A stretch of 64,000 bases of DNA from Alloprevotella sp. Lineage in GTDB: Bacteria; Bacteroidota; Bacteroidia; Bacteroidales; Bacteroidaceae. The translations under genes and the position numbers were made by a program. The notes beneath the pieces were generated by a model. That model had not been told where the DNA came from. It saw nothing but the letters and a program-made list of their open reading frames with translations, and made no database searches. Numbering within the stretch: position 1 is the first letter of the stretch; the number at the start of each line of letters is the position of its first letter. This document shows, one piece after another, positions 30,708 to 40,590 of this stretch. Where the stretch lies: contig JAZQVD010000051.1 in the NCBI GenBank assembly GCA_045631665.1, positions 60,754-124,753 on the forward strand. Reading direction: 5' to 3'.

Positions 30708-31589
30708 TTATAACTCGACAACTCTCGCACTATTCCAATCAACACCCTTAGCTGCATCCACAAGATTTACAAAATTGCATTCTCTTATCAATCTACTCAT
30801 ACGTTCAAAAGCAGAATTGCGCCCTACAGATTCTTTAAAGTGTCGCATCATTCGATTAATGGTTGAACCCTCTATTCCAAATTGTTGCTCAAAGTTTTCT
30901 TTTGATTGAAGTTTATTATCTGCTAATGGCATCAAATCTGCTATATGAAAATATACAATAGAGTACTCACTATTCTGTATTTGTTTTTTTACGAACCAAT
31001 AAGGAAACAAGCGAAAATATCCTCCACCAGAATAAGCCATTGACCGCCCTAAGATATTAACCATACTAACTGGAAATTCTTTTAGGACTACGTCACCCAC
31101 TTTAACTAAACAAGGTTTGTCTACATCAAACGATGGGAATCCGCCAAAATCACGTTTTGAAGGGTAGATACTTGCGTCAAACTCTATACCGCATTCTGCT
31201 AACACCTCAAAAGCCCATTTATTCTCAGGACAAATAGAAAATGCGGGGGCTCGATAACTTGTTACCTTTTTTCCTACCAAATCTTCCAAAGCAACAACCG
31301 CCGAATGTGTATCCTCTTTTAATTGTTGGCGATCAAAACGTGTCAACCAAAGATGTACATCAGAATGGCATCCAATCTCATGCCCTTTTTCAGCGATTAA
31401 CTTGACAACTTCGGGATACATTGTTGCTAATTTACCTACACAGAAAAAAGTAGCCTTCTGATTTGTTTCATCTAAGATGTCTAAAATTGACCTTAAATAA
31501 TAATCATAGTTCAGATACAGACTCTCTCTGTTTCCATAATAAACCTTTTCAAGGTACCACTCTTCAATATCAAAGGTAAGAATATTCAT
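30708..31589 (-). CDS. polysaccharide deacetylase family protein
   Basis: LTFDIEEW, ATFF, HEIGCH..H, YRAP.FS, GGGYFR, YFH. Confidence 0.9.
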   Translation of the reverse strand: MNILTFDIEEWYLEKVYYGNRESLYLNYDYYLRSILDILDETNQKATFFCVGKLATMYPEVVKLIAEKGHEIGCHSDVHLWLTRFDRQQLKEDTHSAVVALEDLVGKKVTSYRAPAFSICPENKWAFEVLAECGIEFDASIYPSKRDFGGFPSFDVDKPCLVKVGDVVLKEFPVSMVNILGRSMAYSGGGYFRLFPYWFVKKQIQNSEYSIVYFHIADLMPLADNKLQSKENFEQQFGIEGSTINRMMRHFKESVGRNSAFERMSRLIRECNFVNLVDAAKGVDWNSARVVEL

Positions 31590-32614
31590 TTTCTAATGTA
31601 TTTATTAATACCCCAAATTATGGGTGCCATTATAAGAATTGTTATCACAAAGGAAATTCCTGAATAAAGAAAATTTTCCTGAACATCTATAGTAACATGC
31701 AATAAATAAGCAACAATTATTATCACGAATCCCTTTATTGGTATGTGTAAGCACATTACATCCAAACTATTCCTACCAAACCATTTTAATACTTTGCACA
31801 ATCTTATTTTTGATAAACACACACTAAAAAGTATAGAAAACAAAATCATAGCAAAGCAACCAATAAAGGCTCTAATAAAGAATATTCCAAGCGGACAATT
31901 GTAAGAACTAGAACCCATTGAACACACGGAATAGTTTACGGATAATAAAAATAATATTATCCACAACACCAAGGTTAGGCATAGACTATAAATTTTATAT
32001 TCACTTACCACCTCTACTAATTTTTGAAGTGTCACATGCCTCCTTACTGCATTTGCCACACTATAAAAAGGCAAAGCAAAAAATGCCGCATCCAAATTCC
32101 ATGGCAACAAAAATAGGTAGTTATCACCATAAGCTTGAACAAGTATGCACCCAACAATTGCTATTGCAAAACTTAGCAACAATGTAATCCACTCATTAAA
32201 CTTACTAAAAAGGAAATATAAAACCTCTACTGCAAATAAGCAAGGGATAAACCAAAGAGCAGAGTTGTGAACAATGTAAGCACCAGACCCTTGAGCAATA
32301 AAAGTCTGCAACAAAGGCATCAGGTAACTATCAACATCATCATTACGAAAATATCTAAAACATGCCCAAATACACCACGTTACTATTGAATACCAGAGAT
32401 AAGGAACAAATAATCGTTTAGTTCTTTGTTTTATGAAATGTACAAGCGAAAAATATTTTTCTTTATTAAACAAAAAACCAGAGATAAAAAAGAACAATGG
32501 CATATGAAACGCATAAATCATACTATGACTTACACCTACAAGTAGGATATGTGCCCAAACCACCATCAAGATGCCTATCCCTTTCGCGATATCTATAAAT
32601 TCGTATCTATTCAT
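31586..32614 (-). CDS. membrane acyltransferase (Acyl_transf_3)
   Basis: DIAKGIGI..VV..H, FHMPLFFFISG, LWF. Confidence 0.88.
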   Translation of the reverse strand: MNRYEFIDIAKGIGILMVVWAHILLVGVSHSMIYAFHMPLFFFISGFLFNKEKYFSLVHFIKQRTKRLFVPYLWYSIVTWCIWACFRYFRNDDVDSYLMPLLQTFIAQGSGAYIVHNSALWFIPCLFAVEVLYFLFSKFNEWITLLLSFAIAIVGCILVQAYGDNYLFLLPWNLDAAFFALPFYSVANAVRRHVTLQKLVEVVSEYKIYSLCLTLVLWIILFLLSVNYSVCSMGSSSYNCPLGIFFIRAFIGCFAMILFSILFSVCLSKIRLCKVLKWFGRNSLDVMCLHIPIKGFVIIIVAYLLHVTIDVQENFLYSGISFVITILIMAPIIWGINKYIRK

Positions 32615-33769
32615 TTAGCCTTGCTTTGATTTTCGAAATTGAGGATTAAATATTTTCTTTATATTATTCCATGTCCCAATAATAAAAGGCAACGGATCCA
32701 TCCAAGAACTTGCATCTTGATAATATATGTTAGGTCCAAACAGTTTAAACCAATTAGGTTTAGCTGTCCACTTGTTGTCTGCATTTAAAAACCACAAAAA
32801 ATCCAACCCTATATGACGTAGATACACTCCTGTTTTATATTCATATTTTTTTTGAGGTAACCCGAGATAATCATTTACGATAATTTCCCCCCAATTAATT
32901 CCCGCAACAATAGAACCTTTAATACACGCAGGAAGCCTTGGATTAATTTCCATGACTAAGAGTTCCCCTGTATCAGGATCCTCTATAAAATCAAAATCAG
33001 CAAATCCAACCCAATCTATATCCCTCAAAATTTGGGAACATAAGTTCACCAGATTGTTATTCTCCACACTTACAGCACAAGTATTACTACCTCCTTTATT
33101 AGGATACCAACGTAACTTCTGCTGTACAGAGTGTGCCAAAATTGTTTTATGTTTATCTATATACAATTGAACTTTTAATTGGCGCCCACCTGGTTTAATA
33201 AATTTTTGCAGATGATACTCCCCGTACTCTTTATGTAAATCAGGATAACGCTCCAGCAACTCTGAATATGTTTTAACCTCTACCATTCCCCTTCCTCCAG
33301 TCGTACAATTCGGTTTTAACATACCTGGATAAGGAAAATCCCTCACCTCATTAGAAGTTATTTCAGTAACTGATAAATCTATGGTATATGGATGAGGATA
33401 TCCATTCTGTTTGCACAGATCCATTAACTGGTTTTTATCATATCCTCGTAGAAAATTCTTATATGTCGGAAGTTCAAATCTAACTTTAGTCAAAAGACGG
33501 TCTTGATGTTTACACAAGAATTCTGCGTTCGCATCACCTGTTGGGATTATTGCGCAAACCTTTTCTTTATCAATGACCTCATGTATGAAGACCAATTTCT
33601 CATCCTCATCTTTTTCAATACAATAATAAACTTGGTCAACATAACGCGAAACATCGGCGTAATTACCTCTATCATTTGCTATCATCACAACTCGATAACC
33701 ACACTCATGAATTAGTCTAACCAAAACCAACCCTTGAGTTCCAGTTCCGAGAACAAGAATATTTTTCAT
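32615..33769 (-). CDS. ATP-grasp ligase
   Basis: DK...YP..LKP, GGRG, LQKFI, EINPR; ATG 33769 overlaps the upstream TGA. Confidence 0.82.
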   Translation of the reverse strand: MKNILVLGTGTQGLVLVRLIHECGYRVVMIANDRGNYADVSRYVDQVYYCIEKDEDEKLVFIHEVIDKEKVCAIIPTGDANAEFLCKHQDRLLTKVRFELPTYKNFLRGYDKNQLMDLCKQNGYPHPYTIDLSVTEITSNEVRDFPYPGMLKPNCTTGGRGMVEVKTYSELLERYPDLHKEYGEYHLQKFIKPGGRQLKVQLYIDKHKTILAHSVQQKLRWYPNKGGSNTCAVSVENNNLVNLCSQILRDIDWVGFADFDFIEDPDTGELLVMEINPRLPACIKGSIVAGINWGEIIVNDYLGLPQKKYEYKTGVYLRHIGLDFLWFLNADNKWTAKPNWFKLFGPNIYYQDASSWMDPLPFIIGTWNNIKKIFNPQFRKSKQG

Positions 33770-34905
33770 TTTACTACATTCAAATAATATTCCACCCAAG
33801 ATTGACACACTAATTCTGAGGTAAAGTTGTCTTCTACATATCTAATACCATTTTCCCCCATCCTTTTACGTTCTGCTTCATCAAGATAAAGTCGTTCCAT
33901 ACAATCAGCTAATGATTCCACATCGTAGGTTTTACAACGAATTCCCGTTTCACCATCAACAATAGAATCTCTCACTCCGTATGTATCCGTAGTGATAATT
34001 GGTAATCCGGTGCTTGAAGCTTCCAATATAGACAAACCAAAACCTTCTCGATAAGTTGGCAACACATACACATCAGCTGCATTATATAAATCTTCTGGAC
34101 TATTTGTATATCCATAATATACAATATTTTTATTCTCTTGTAAATTTTTATATTCAAATAACCTATCCATTATCTTCTCCTCATCAACTCCGACTATTAA
34201 TAATAGTGAGTTGGGACATTGTAACGCAATTTTATTGTAAGCATCAAGCAACTCAAATGCACCCTTTTCGCGTTTTAATCTTCCCAAAAAGATGAAAACA
34301 ACTGTTTCCGAGGATATATTCAACTCTCGTCGTAGACGTTCACGTACTTCGATATTTTTTTTAAATCGTTGAACATTAATTCCACAAATAGACCCATGCC
34401 CTAAAACAACAGCTTGCTTTTCCCTAAGCACCCCTGTAGACTCTAAGAATTCCATTTGAGAATATCCATCGACTAACATATGAGTATCTGACCATACTAT
34501 AAAGGAGTCCATATATTTGTAGAACCATTTTTTTAGTCCAGTCATAGTTGCCCACATCTGACCTGTAAAATGATGAAGTCGATAAGGAACTTTGGCTATT
34601 CGCCCTGCAATTGATGTTAACAGACTTGCCTTTTTTGTAAGTGAATGTACACTATCAAAATTCATCTCTTTAAAATAATTAGTTAGCATTATCAATGCTC
34701 TGATATCCGTCCCGATTTGCGGATGTCTCTCGATTGGAATACTCTTAAAACCAACAATACTCAAATCAGTCAACTCATCATTGTTTTTTATATTGGCGAC
34801 TAGATAAACATCGAAATGCTCAGATAGTAACTTAAAAGGTTCTTTAAGAAAATTTCTAGCAGTAGATGGCATAGATACCACAAAACATATTTTTTTCTTG
34901 TGCAT
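33766..34905 (-). CDS. glycosyltransferase family 4 (CapM/PglA-like)
   Basis: GRL.REKG, PTYREGFG..ILEA. Confidence 0.9.
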   Translation of the reverse strand: MHKKKICFVVSMPSTARNFLKEPFKLLSEHFDVYLVANIKNNDELTDLSIVGFKSIPIERHPQIGTDIRALIMLTNYFKEMNFDSVHSLTKKASLLTSIAGRIAKVPYRLHHFTGQMWATMTGLKKWFYKYMDSFIVWSDTHMLVDGYSQMEFLESTGVLREKQAVVLGHGSICGINVQRFKKNIEVRERLRRELNISSETVVFIFLGRLKREKGAFELLDAYNKIALQCPNSLLLIVGVDEEKIMDRLFEYKNLQENKNIVYYGYTNSPEDLYNAADVYVLPTYREGFGLSILEASSTGLPIITTDTYGVRDSIVDGETGIRCKTYDVESLADCMERLYLDEAERKRMGENGIRYVEDNFTSELVCQSWVEYYLNVVK

Positions 34906-34914
34906 AATTATAAG

Positions 34915-35700
34915 TTATTTCTTATGAAAATAATCGTAAATAAAACTAGGAACAAAATAAGTAATTATAGGTCTAAGTGAATAGATATGATACCACCAAG
35001 GCAATCCAATCAAACGAAATCCTTTATTCATCAGTATGAACGTATTCTTTCGTCCTCTCCATTTTCTTCTACTTTTAGCGTAGCGATCATCTCTCATCAT
35101 ATACAAACATTCATCCATCATATAAAGTTTGTATCCAGCTGCAAAAATTTTAAACCACAAATGATAGTCTTCGACACGTATAAGTTGCTTTCCGACAGAA
35201 TACCCTCCGACAGATTTAATCACAGTCGTTCTTGCCATACAAGGAGCATGACATATTGGACTTCCCATAGCAAAATCCTCTTTTTTAATTTCACCCGTAC
35301 CCGTACCTCTGCGAAACTCACCATTCTCATCAAAATAAATCATAGGCGCACTCACCACGGCATATTCAGGATGCTCATCCAAAAACTTCACCTGCTTCTC
35401 AAATCGTGTCGATAAAGAGATATCGTCACCATCCATACGAGCTATGTATTCGCCCGTTGCAACTTCTAAGCATTTATTAAGTGTGGCATTTAGTCCAAGG
35501 TTATGCTCATTACGCAGAAGGACAATATTAGGATGATTGCGTTTATTCTCTAATGCCACGTCATAGGTATTATCTTTCGAACCATCATCACAAAGAATAA
35601 TCTCAAAATTCTGAAAGGTCTGAGCGTATAGGGAATCCAGTGCTTCCTGCAAGGTTGAAGCACAATTGTAAATGCCCATAATTACCGATACTTTAACCAT
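34915..35700 (-). CDS. glycosyltransferase family 2
   Basis: VSVIM..YN, DDGS.D, RMDGDD, EDY. Confidence 0.92.
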   Translation of the reverse strand: MVKVSVIMGIYNCASTLQEALDSLYAQTFQNFEIILCDDGSKDNTYDVALENKRNHPNIVLLRNEHNLGLNATLNKCLEVATGEYIARMDGDDISLSTRFEKQVKFLDEHPEYAVVSAPMIYFDENGEFRRGTGTGEIKKEDFAMGSPICHAPCMARTTVIKSVGGYSVGKQLIRVEDYHLWFKIFAAGYKLYMMDECLYMMRDDRYAKSRRKWRGRKNTFILMNKGFRLIGLPWWYHIYSLRPIITYFVPSFIYDYFHKK

Positions 35701-36787
35701 AATAAATTACATTCATAAATAGGGTGAATCCCAAGTGACCTAACATCACTAATCCAAATTTCTTGTATCGATCACGCCCCCACGGTTCGTTCAAGAACGG
35801 ATATATTAACACTATTGGATAGAGGAACCAACTTAGATAAGCGATTCTATTGTTAAAACTAGCATGCATACATAACATCCATAAACTATTCAAGCATAGA
35901 TACAAACATAATAAATTTTGATATTTTTCAGAAATCCGAATTTTCTTTTTAATGACAGTATACCAACCAACCCATACCGGAATCACTGAATAAAGAACAA
36001 AATCAGGTCTAAATCCGCCTCGGAACCCCCCAGTTTTACCATCCCACAGAAGATACTCTGCAGCATGTTCTGTTGTAAATCCTGAGAAAAATTGTGCAAA
36101 GACTTTAACATGTGCCATCGCCATCAACAAGCAGAATAACCATCCGAAGAAATATACTTTAGGATTCTTCACAAACAAAGTGACTACAAACGCAGCGATA
36201 GGCATAATCATACTATGATGAAATCCCCATGAAAGTAAAATTAAAGGTACGCAGATCTTAAAATTGTCTCTATACCCCAAAGCCCAAATAAAAAGTGAGG
36301 TAGCGGCACCTGCTTTCATTCCATTTGTGCCATATGAAAACGTAGAAAAGGCTGCTAAAAATACAATATAGGCAGTTAACCGATGATTGGGAAACAATTT
36401 TCTAATTCCCAAATACGAAGTTGTAAAATAGATTATTGCTAAAAACACAAAAAAAGAAGTATAACCTAATTGCACAGATCCCCACCATGCAAATAGATTG
36501 TCAAAGATTTTGTTATCCGCATCGAAATCTAATACAAATGTTGTCCCCTCATATAAAAACTCGTAAGATAGAACATAGTTCGCCATATCTACAAAGTACC
36601 TACCACTAACAGGACGCAGTCCAATGAAGAGAATTAAGAAGATTACCAACACACCCACCAGTGCATCAGTTCTACTGGGAGCAAACTCCCTTAAACCATT
36701 CCGACTCTGATACTGACTATAAACAAATAGTGTCATAATCGTTACCAGAGTTAAATATATAGTTTGATATAGAGAAGCAGGAATCAT
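35693..36787 (-). CDS. wzy: EpsG-family Wzy polymerase
   Basis: Multi-TM protein, GLR...D..Y, FH.S, R; position within the locus. Confidence 0.7.
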   Translation of the reverse strand: MIPASLYQTIYLTLVTIMTLFVYSQYQSRNGLREFAPSRTDALVGVLVIFLILFIGLRPVSGRYFVDMANYVLSYEFLYEGTTFVLDFDADNKIFDNLFAWWGSVQLGYTSFFVFLAIIYFTTSYLGIRKLFPNHRLTAYIVFLAAFSTFSYGTNGMKAGAATSLFIWALGYRDNFKICVPLILLSWGFHHSMIMPIAAFVVTLFVKNPKVYFFGWLFCLLMAMAHVKVFAQFFSGFTTEHAAEYLLWDGKTGGFRGGFRPDFVLYSVIPVWVGWYTVIKKKIRISEKYQNLLCLYLCLNSLWMLCMHASFNNRIAYLSWFLYPIVLIYPFLNEPWGRDRYKKFGLVMLGHLGFTLFMNVIYYG

Positions 36788-36801
36788 CCTTTATATTCTA
36801 T

Positions 36802-37545
36802 CTACTTATTTTTTACTATATTCTTCAACCAACTCAAACTGTCATTACCAAAATAGCGATGAATGCGACGCACAACCCACGTACGCACGGGATTCTGCTT
36901 CTTCAACCAAGTCTTGGTGTACCAATGAATGCTACGTGTATTCTCAGTGATAACCAGCTTACCCGTATTGTCATCCAACGGATTAAAGTAATCTCGAGGA
37001 TAAATCCACACACCCGCCACTTGTTGTAACTCATTAGTCTGTTTCAAACCATTCTCCACTAACACATTCGTAACATGCTTAACAACGGTCACCTGATTGA
37101 AACTTCCATCCTCACGCACAAAATGCAACGGAGTATAGTAATCCATGATATTTCTATACAACCCCATCTTCGGTTCTGCTCCTAAACCTAAACCTGGAGC
37201 AATTAAAGGAAATACATCCACTTTAGCATCAACCTCAATCCCCATAAACGGACCACGTGCCACAATATCATCCATTGACTTAATCACCTCCACATCGGTA
37301 TCAAAATAGAGACCACCATGATGATAGAGTATCCACATACGGGCATAGTCACTCACAAAGGCATACTTCTTTGCCTCATACGCCTCTTTTGTGTAGGGAA
37401 TAATATTGACATCAAAATTATCTTCGTTCCACTCCTTAATTTCATAATCAGGGAAGAACTTTTTCCAACTGTCAATGCACTTCACCGCCGACTCTGGCAA
37501 TGGATTACGCCCAAACCAACAATAATGTATTATTTTAGGTATCAT
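36802..37545 (-). CDS. GT32 DXD glycosyltransferase
   Basis: IPKIIHYCWFG, SDYAR, GGLYFDTDV. Confidence 0.92.
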   Translation of the reverse strand: MIPKIIHYCWFGRNPLPESAVKCIDSWKKFFPDYEIKEWNEDNFDVNIIPYTKEAYEAKKYAFVSDYARMWILYHHGGLYFDTDVEVIKSMDDIVARGPFMGIEVDAKVDVFPLIAPGLGLGAEPKMGLYRNIMDYYTPLHFVREDGSFNQVTVVKHVTNVLVENGLKQTNELQQVAGVWIYPRDYFNPLDDNTGKLVITENTRSIHWYTKTWLKKQNPVRTWVVRRIHRYFGNDSLSWLKNIVKNK

Positions 37546-37693
37546 AAAAACAAAATTATCACACGATGTAAACTAACGTTATTTTAGCAAATTTACATAT
37601 AAAACTAATCAAACGTAACCAAATATTGAACTATTTTCAAATGTATAAAACTATCGACGCTCGGTTCACTCTGTACGATTGGGTCATATCTTT

Positions 37694-37825
37694 CACAACA
37701 CGAAGTACAGAAAACACCGAAGCAAAGCATCGAACTATCGGTTTAATCAGTTACATCGAGGTGTGAGGCCACAACATGAAGTACAGAAGTTACTGAAGCA
37801 AAGCGTCGAACTATCGATTTGATTT
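37694..37825. repeat. two ~76-bp direct-repeat/palindromic units downstream of the GxxExxY gene
   Basis: CACAACAYGAAGTACAGAA...GAAGCAAAGCRTCGAACTATCG at 37694 and 37770; related units at ~38331 and ~38405. Confidence 0.8.
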
Positions 37826-37860
37826 ATACAATCAAGTTAGTACTCCTATGAGTGAAAGTC

Positions 37861-38238
37861 TCAATAAATGTTGGCAGCCAATCTTTTGATTTGTATTTTT
37901 TCCTGTCCAAAATTAATGAGCAACCCAACCTTTAATCCCGTAGCTTTTAGATAATTTATCACTTGCGCTTCATGAATAGAGTCTAACTCTTTCACAGACT
38001 TTAGTTCAACGATAACCTTACCTTGAACTACAAAATCAGCAACATAACAACACTGCAAAACTCTTTTATGGAATACTATCGGCAGTTGTTTTTCACGTTC
38101 GAATTCTATACCAATCTCTATAAGCATCACCTCTAATGCTTCTTGATAAACCTTCTCTAAAAAACCACAACCAAGTTCTTTATGAACAGATATACAGGCA
38201 TTAATTATTTGACTTGTCAATTCATGATATAGATACAT
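37861..38238 (-). CDS. GxxExxY protein (PD-(D/E)XK nuclease fold)
   Basis: GFLEKVY, ADFVV, VELK, AQVINYL, GLLINF; start ATG 38238. Confidence 0.92.
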   Translation of the reverse strand: MYLYHELTSQIINACISVHKELGCGFLEKVYQEALEVMLIEIGIEFEREKQLPIVFHKRVLQCCYVADFVVQGKVIVELKSVKELDSIHEAQVINYLKATGLKVGLLINFGQEKIQIKRLAANIY

Positions 38239-38467
38239 AAGAACGACACTTTTCAGTTTATAACTAACTACTAAGATTACCTCCCTCAAAGAGGTAAAAA
38301 TCTTAAAAGTCAATAGTGATACTTATATTCACGACACACGGAAGTCACAGGAATAGATAGCACTAAAAAGTCTCTGTTTTATCTGTTCAATCGGGTTGTT
38401 AAATTACAACACAAAGTACAGAATCCGCCGAATGGAAGCGTCAAACTCTCTGTTGTTTATAACCTGA

Positions 38468-39682
38468 CTAATTGTTAATCAAAGCATACACCTTCTCAAC
38501 CTCACCCATATTTCCATAATCATGCGTCTCCAAATACTCCACTATAAAGCACTTCAACTTATCATCCTTTAACGTCTTCACCATCTGCGCCACACAACCA
38601 GGAATATCCATCGGAACAATCACACCATCCACTCCCTGCTGAATCTGCGAAGAAGCCGTAGGATAATTCGTCACAATCACAGGTTTGCAAAGCATCTGTG
38701 CCTCGCGTACCACCACGCTTTTACCTTCATAACGGGATGGTTGCACATACCAATCACACGCCTTAATATAAGGATAAGGATTTTCTTTCTTACCCAATAG
38801 GAATACATGGTCTTGCATTCCCTCACGCTCTATCTCCCTACGGATATAGCCATCACTGCCACCATAACCAATAATATACCAACGCACATTAACCCCTGCC
38901 TCTATAATACCACGGCAAATAGCGGGAACCTCCTCCAGTTTTTTTTGGGGGGAAAACCGCCCTATAGTCAGCAAGTTAAGACAATCATTGTCTACAGTCA
39001 TTTCAGAAGCAAATTCTTGTCTTGAAATCAACTCTGCACGCTGACGCACAAATTCAGGAGACAATATATTCTCAATCTCTACAATTTTATCCTTCAGTGA
39101 GGGGAACACCTTAAGGAAAGTTTTCGTCACATCTTCAGAAATAGAAATGACATGGTCATACGCACTCCACACAGGTAACTCTGATTCTGCACAGACATCT
39201 ATCTGTGAATAATCTGTGTGAATCCAACAGATCTTTTTCTTTGCCGAAACATGATCTAATACAAAGTTATGTGGGGTCAAGAAAGAAATCGCCAAATCAT
39301 ACATCCCTAAATGATGCAAATTGGGTAGAATCTTACTCACCTCATTACCCACAAAACTCATAATTGACGTTCCATGCTTTAAAGCATGAGTCTTAATATA
39401 TATTCTTTTACGAATTTTAGCACGTATACGAGCTATAAGCACCCGAATGAACCCATGACTAAACACCACTTTCAAAGGTTTCTCAAACATGCTCCAAGTA
39501 GGATTCTCGGGCAAGAGATTTATATAAGAAGGTATCAACTTCATCATCTCCCCCTCATGACTGTACACAAAAAGATCCACATCCACCTTTTGCGGGTCTA
39601 ACGCCTGAAGCAGTCCAACAAGAGAAGTTTCTGCACCGCCGAGATGCATGTAATGTATGGCGATAAAAATGCGTGGTTTCAT
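38468..39682 (-). CDS. glycosyltransferase family 4
   Basis: GGAE, WIH, GR..QK, NPYPY, PSRYEG...EA. Confidence 0.9.
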   Translation of the reverse strand: MKPRIFIAIHYMHLGGAETSLVGLLQALDPQKVDVDLFVYSHEGEMMKLIPSYINLLPENPTWSMFEKPLKVVFSHGFIRVLIARIRAKIRKRIYIKTHALKHGTSIMSFVGNEVSKILPNLHHLGMYDLAISFLTPHNFVLDHVSAKKKICWIHTDYSQIDVCAESELPVWSAYDHVISISEDVTKTFLKVFPSLKDKIVEIENILSPEFVRQRAELISRQEFASEMTVDNDCLNLLTIGRFSPQKKLEEVPAICRGIIEAGVNVRWYIIGYGGSDGYIRREIEREGMQDHVFLLGKKENPYPYIKACDWYVQPSRYEGKSVVVREAQMLCKPVIVTNYPTASSQIQQGVDGVIVPMDIPGCVAQMVKTLKDDKLKCFIVEYLETHDYGNMGEVEKVYALINN

Positions 39683-39684
39683 TG

Positions 39685-40584
39685 CTATCTTAGAATCGTA
39701 TTCAACTCATCACAAATTTTATTACAAAGTAACATAGCCCCATCCTCATTAAGATGACTACTATCTTTGAATAAATTTCTTGAATTTATAAAATCTTCAT
39801 CCATAAAATGATTAAGTACAGGTACTGAATACTGCTGGCATAAATCAATCAATGCCGCATACTCAGAATCATCAGACGCCTTATACCAAGGAGATATTGT
39901 AAAAACTAGAATAGTTCCATCTTCTTGACAAGTTTCTATAAGTTTCTTAAACAAAGAAAGTTTTAAATCATCTATATTAACATCTTTTGTGGTCTTAGTC
40001 TCTACATCATATTTCATCAGCCCATGCAATGGAGCATAATCGTATTCTGAAGCAACCATTGGCGACTTTGACATATATTGAGATACAATATCAATAAATC
40101 GAGAATTATATTTATTACACATCATCCAATTTTTATATTTCTCTTTCTTGTCAACAGATAAAATCAAATCATTAATTTGAACGTCATCAAAATAATATCT
40201 CAAGTTCCCTATGTACCGAGTTTTATCATCTTTCAATAAATCAAAACCAGCAACCACATCATATATTATGATTTTAGGGATACAACGTTTGCGTATCAAT
40301 TGATATCTTCCATACATTGAGACAATCCCCATACCATCATCTCCACAATTATAACACGAAAATCCAGTTCTTTCTTGTACTAATTTAGGTGAAAAATGAT
40401 GTATTGCCCGTGACGAGCCAAAAATCAAGCACTCTTTTTCAACTTTAGAGCAAATATAGTTGTTACGACCATAATCCCCTTTATAAGTATTCAAATATAC
40501 CCAATCTAATATATTACCAACGACAAAGTCAAGTGCAAATATTATACATAAAAACAAGAATATTTTCAAAAAGAACTTGTGCAT
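39685..40584 (-). CDS. SGNH-like periplasmic O-acyl transfer protein (MBOAT partner)
   Basis: N-terminal TM, FGSSR, D..HLN..GA; adjacent to MBOAT gene. Confidence 0.65.
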   Translation of the reverse strand: MHKFFLKIFLFLCIIFALDFVVGNILDWVYLNTYKGDYGRNNYICSKVEKECLIFGSSRAIHHFSPKLVQERTGFSCYNCGDDGMGIVSMYGRYQLIRKRCIPKIIIYDVVAGFDLLKDDKTRYIGNLRYYFDDVQINDLILSVDKKEKYKNWMMCNKYNSRFIDIVSQYMSKSPMVASEYDYAPLHGLMKYDVETKTTKDVNIDDLKLSLFKKLIETCQEDGTILVFTISPWYKASDDSEYAALIDLCQQYSVPVLNHFMDEDFINSRNLFKDSSHLNEDGAMLLCNKICDELNTILR

Positions 40585-40590
40585 CGTATT

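Noticed and set aside
38939-38952. T8-G6 run in a GT4 gene as a phase-variation site
   Set aside because: The gene is in frame and the runs are short for AT-rich DNA.
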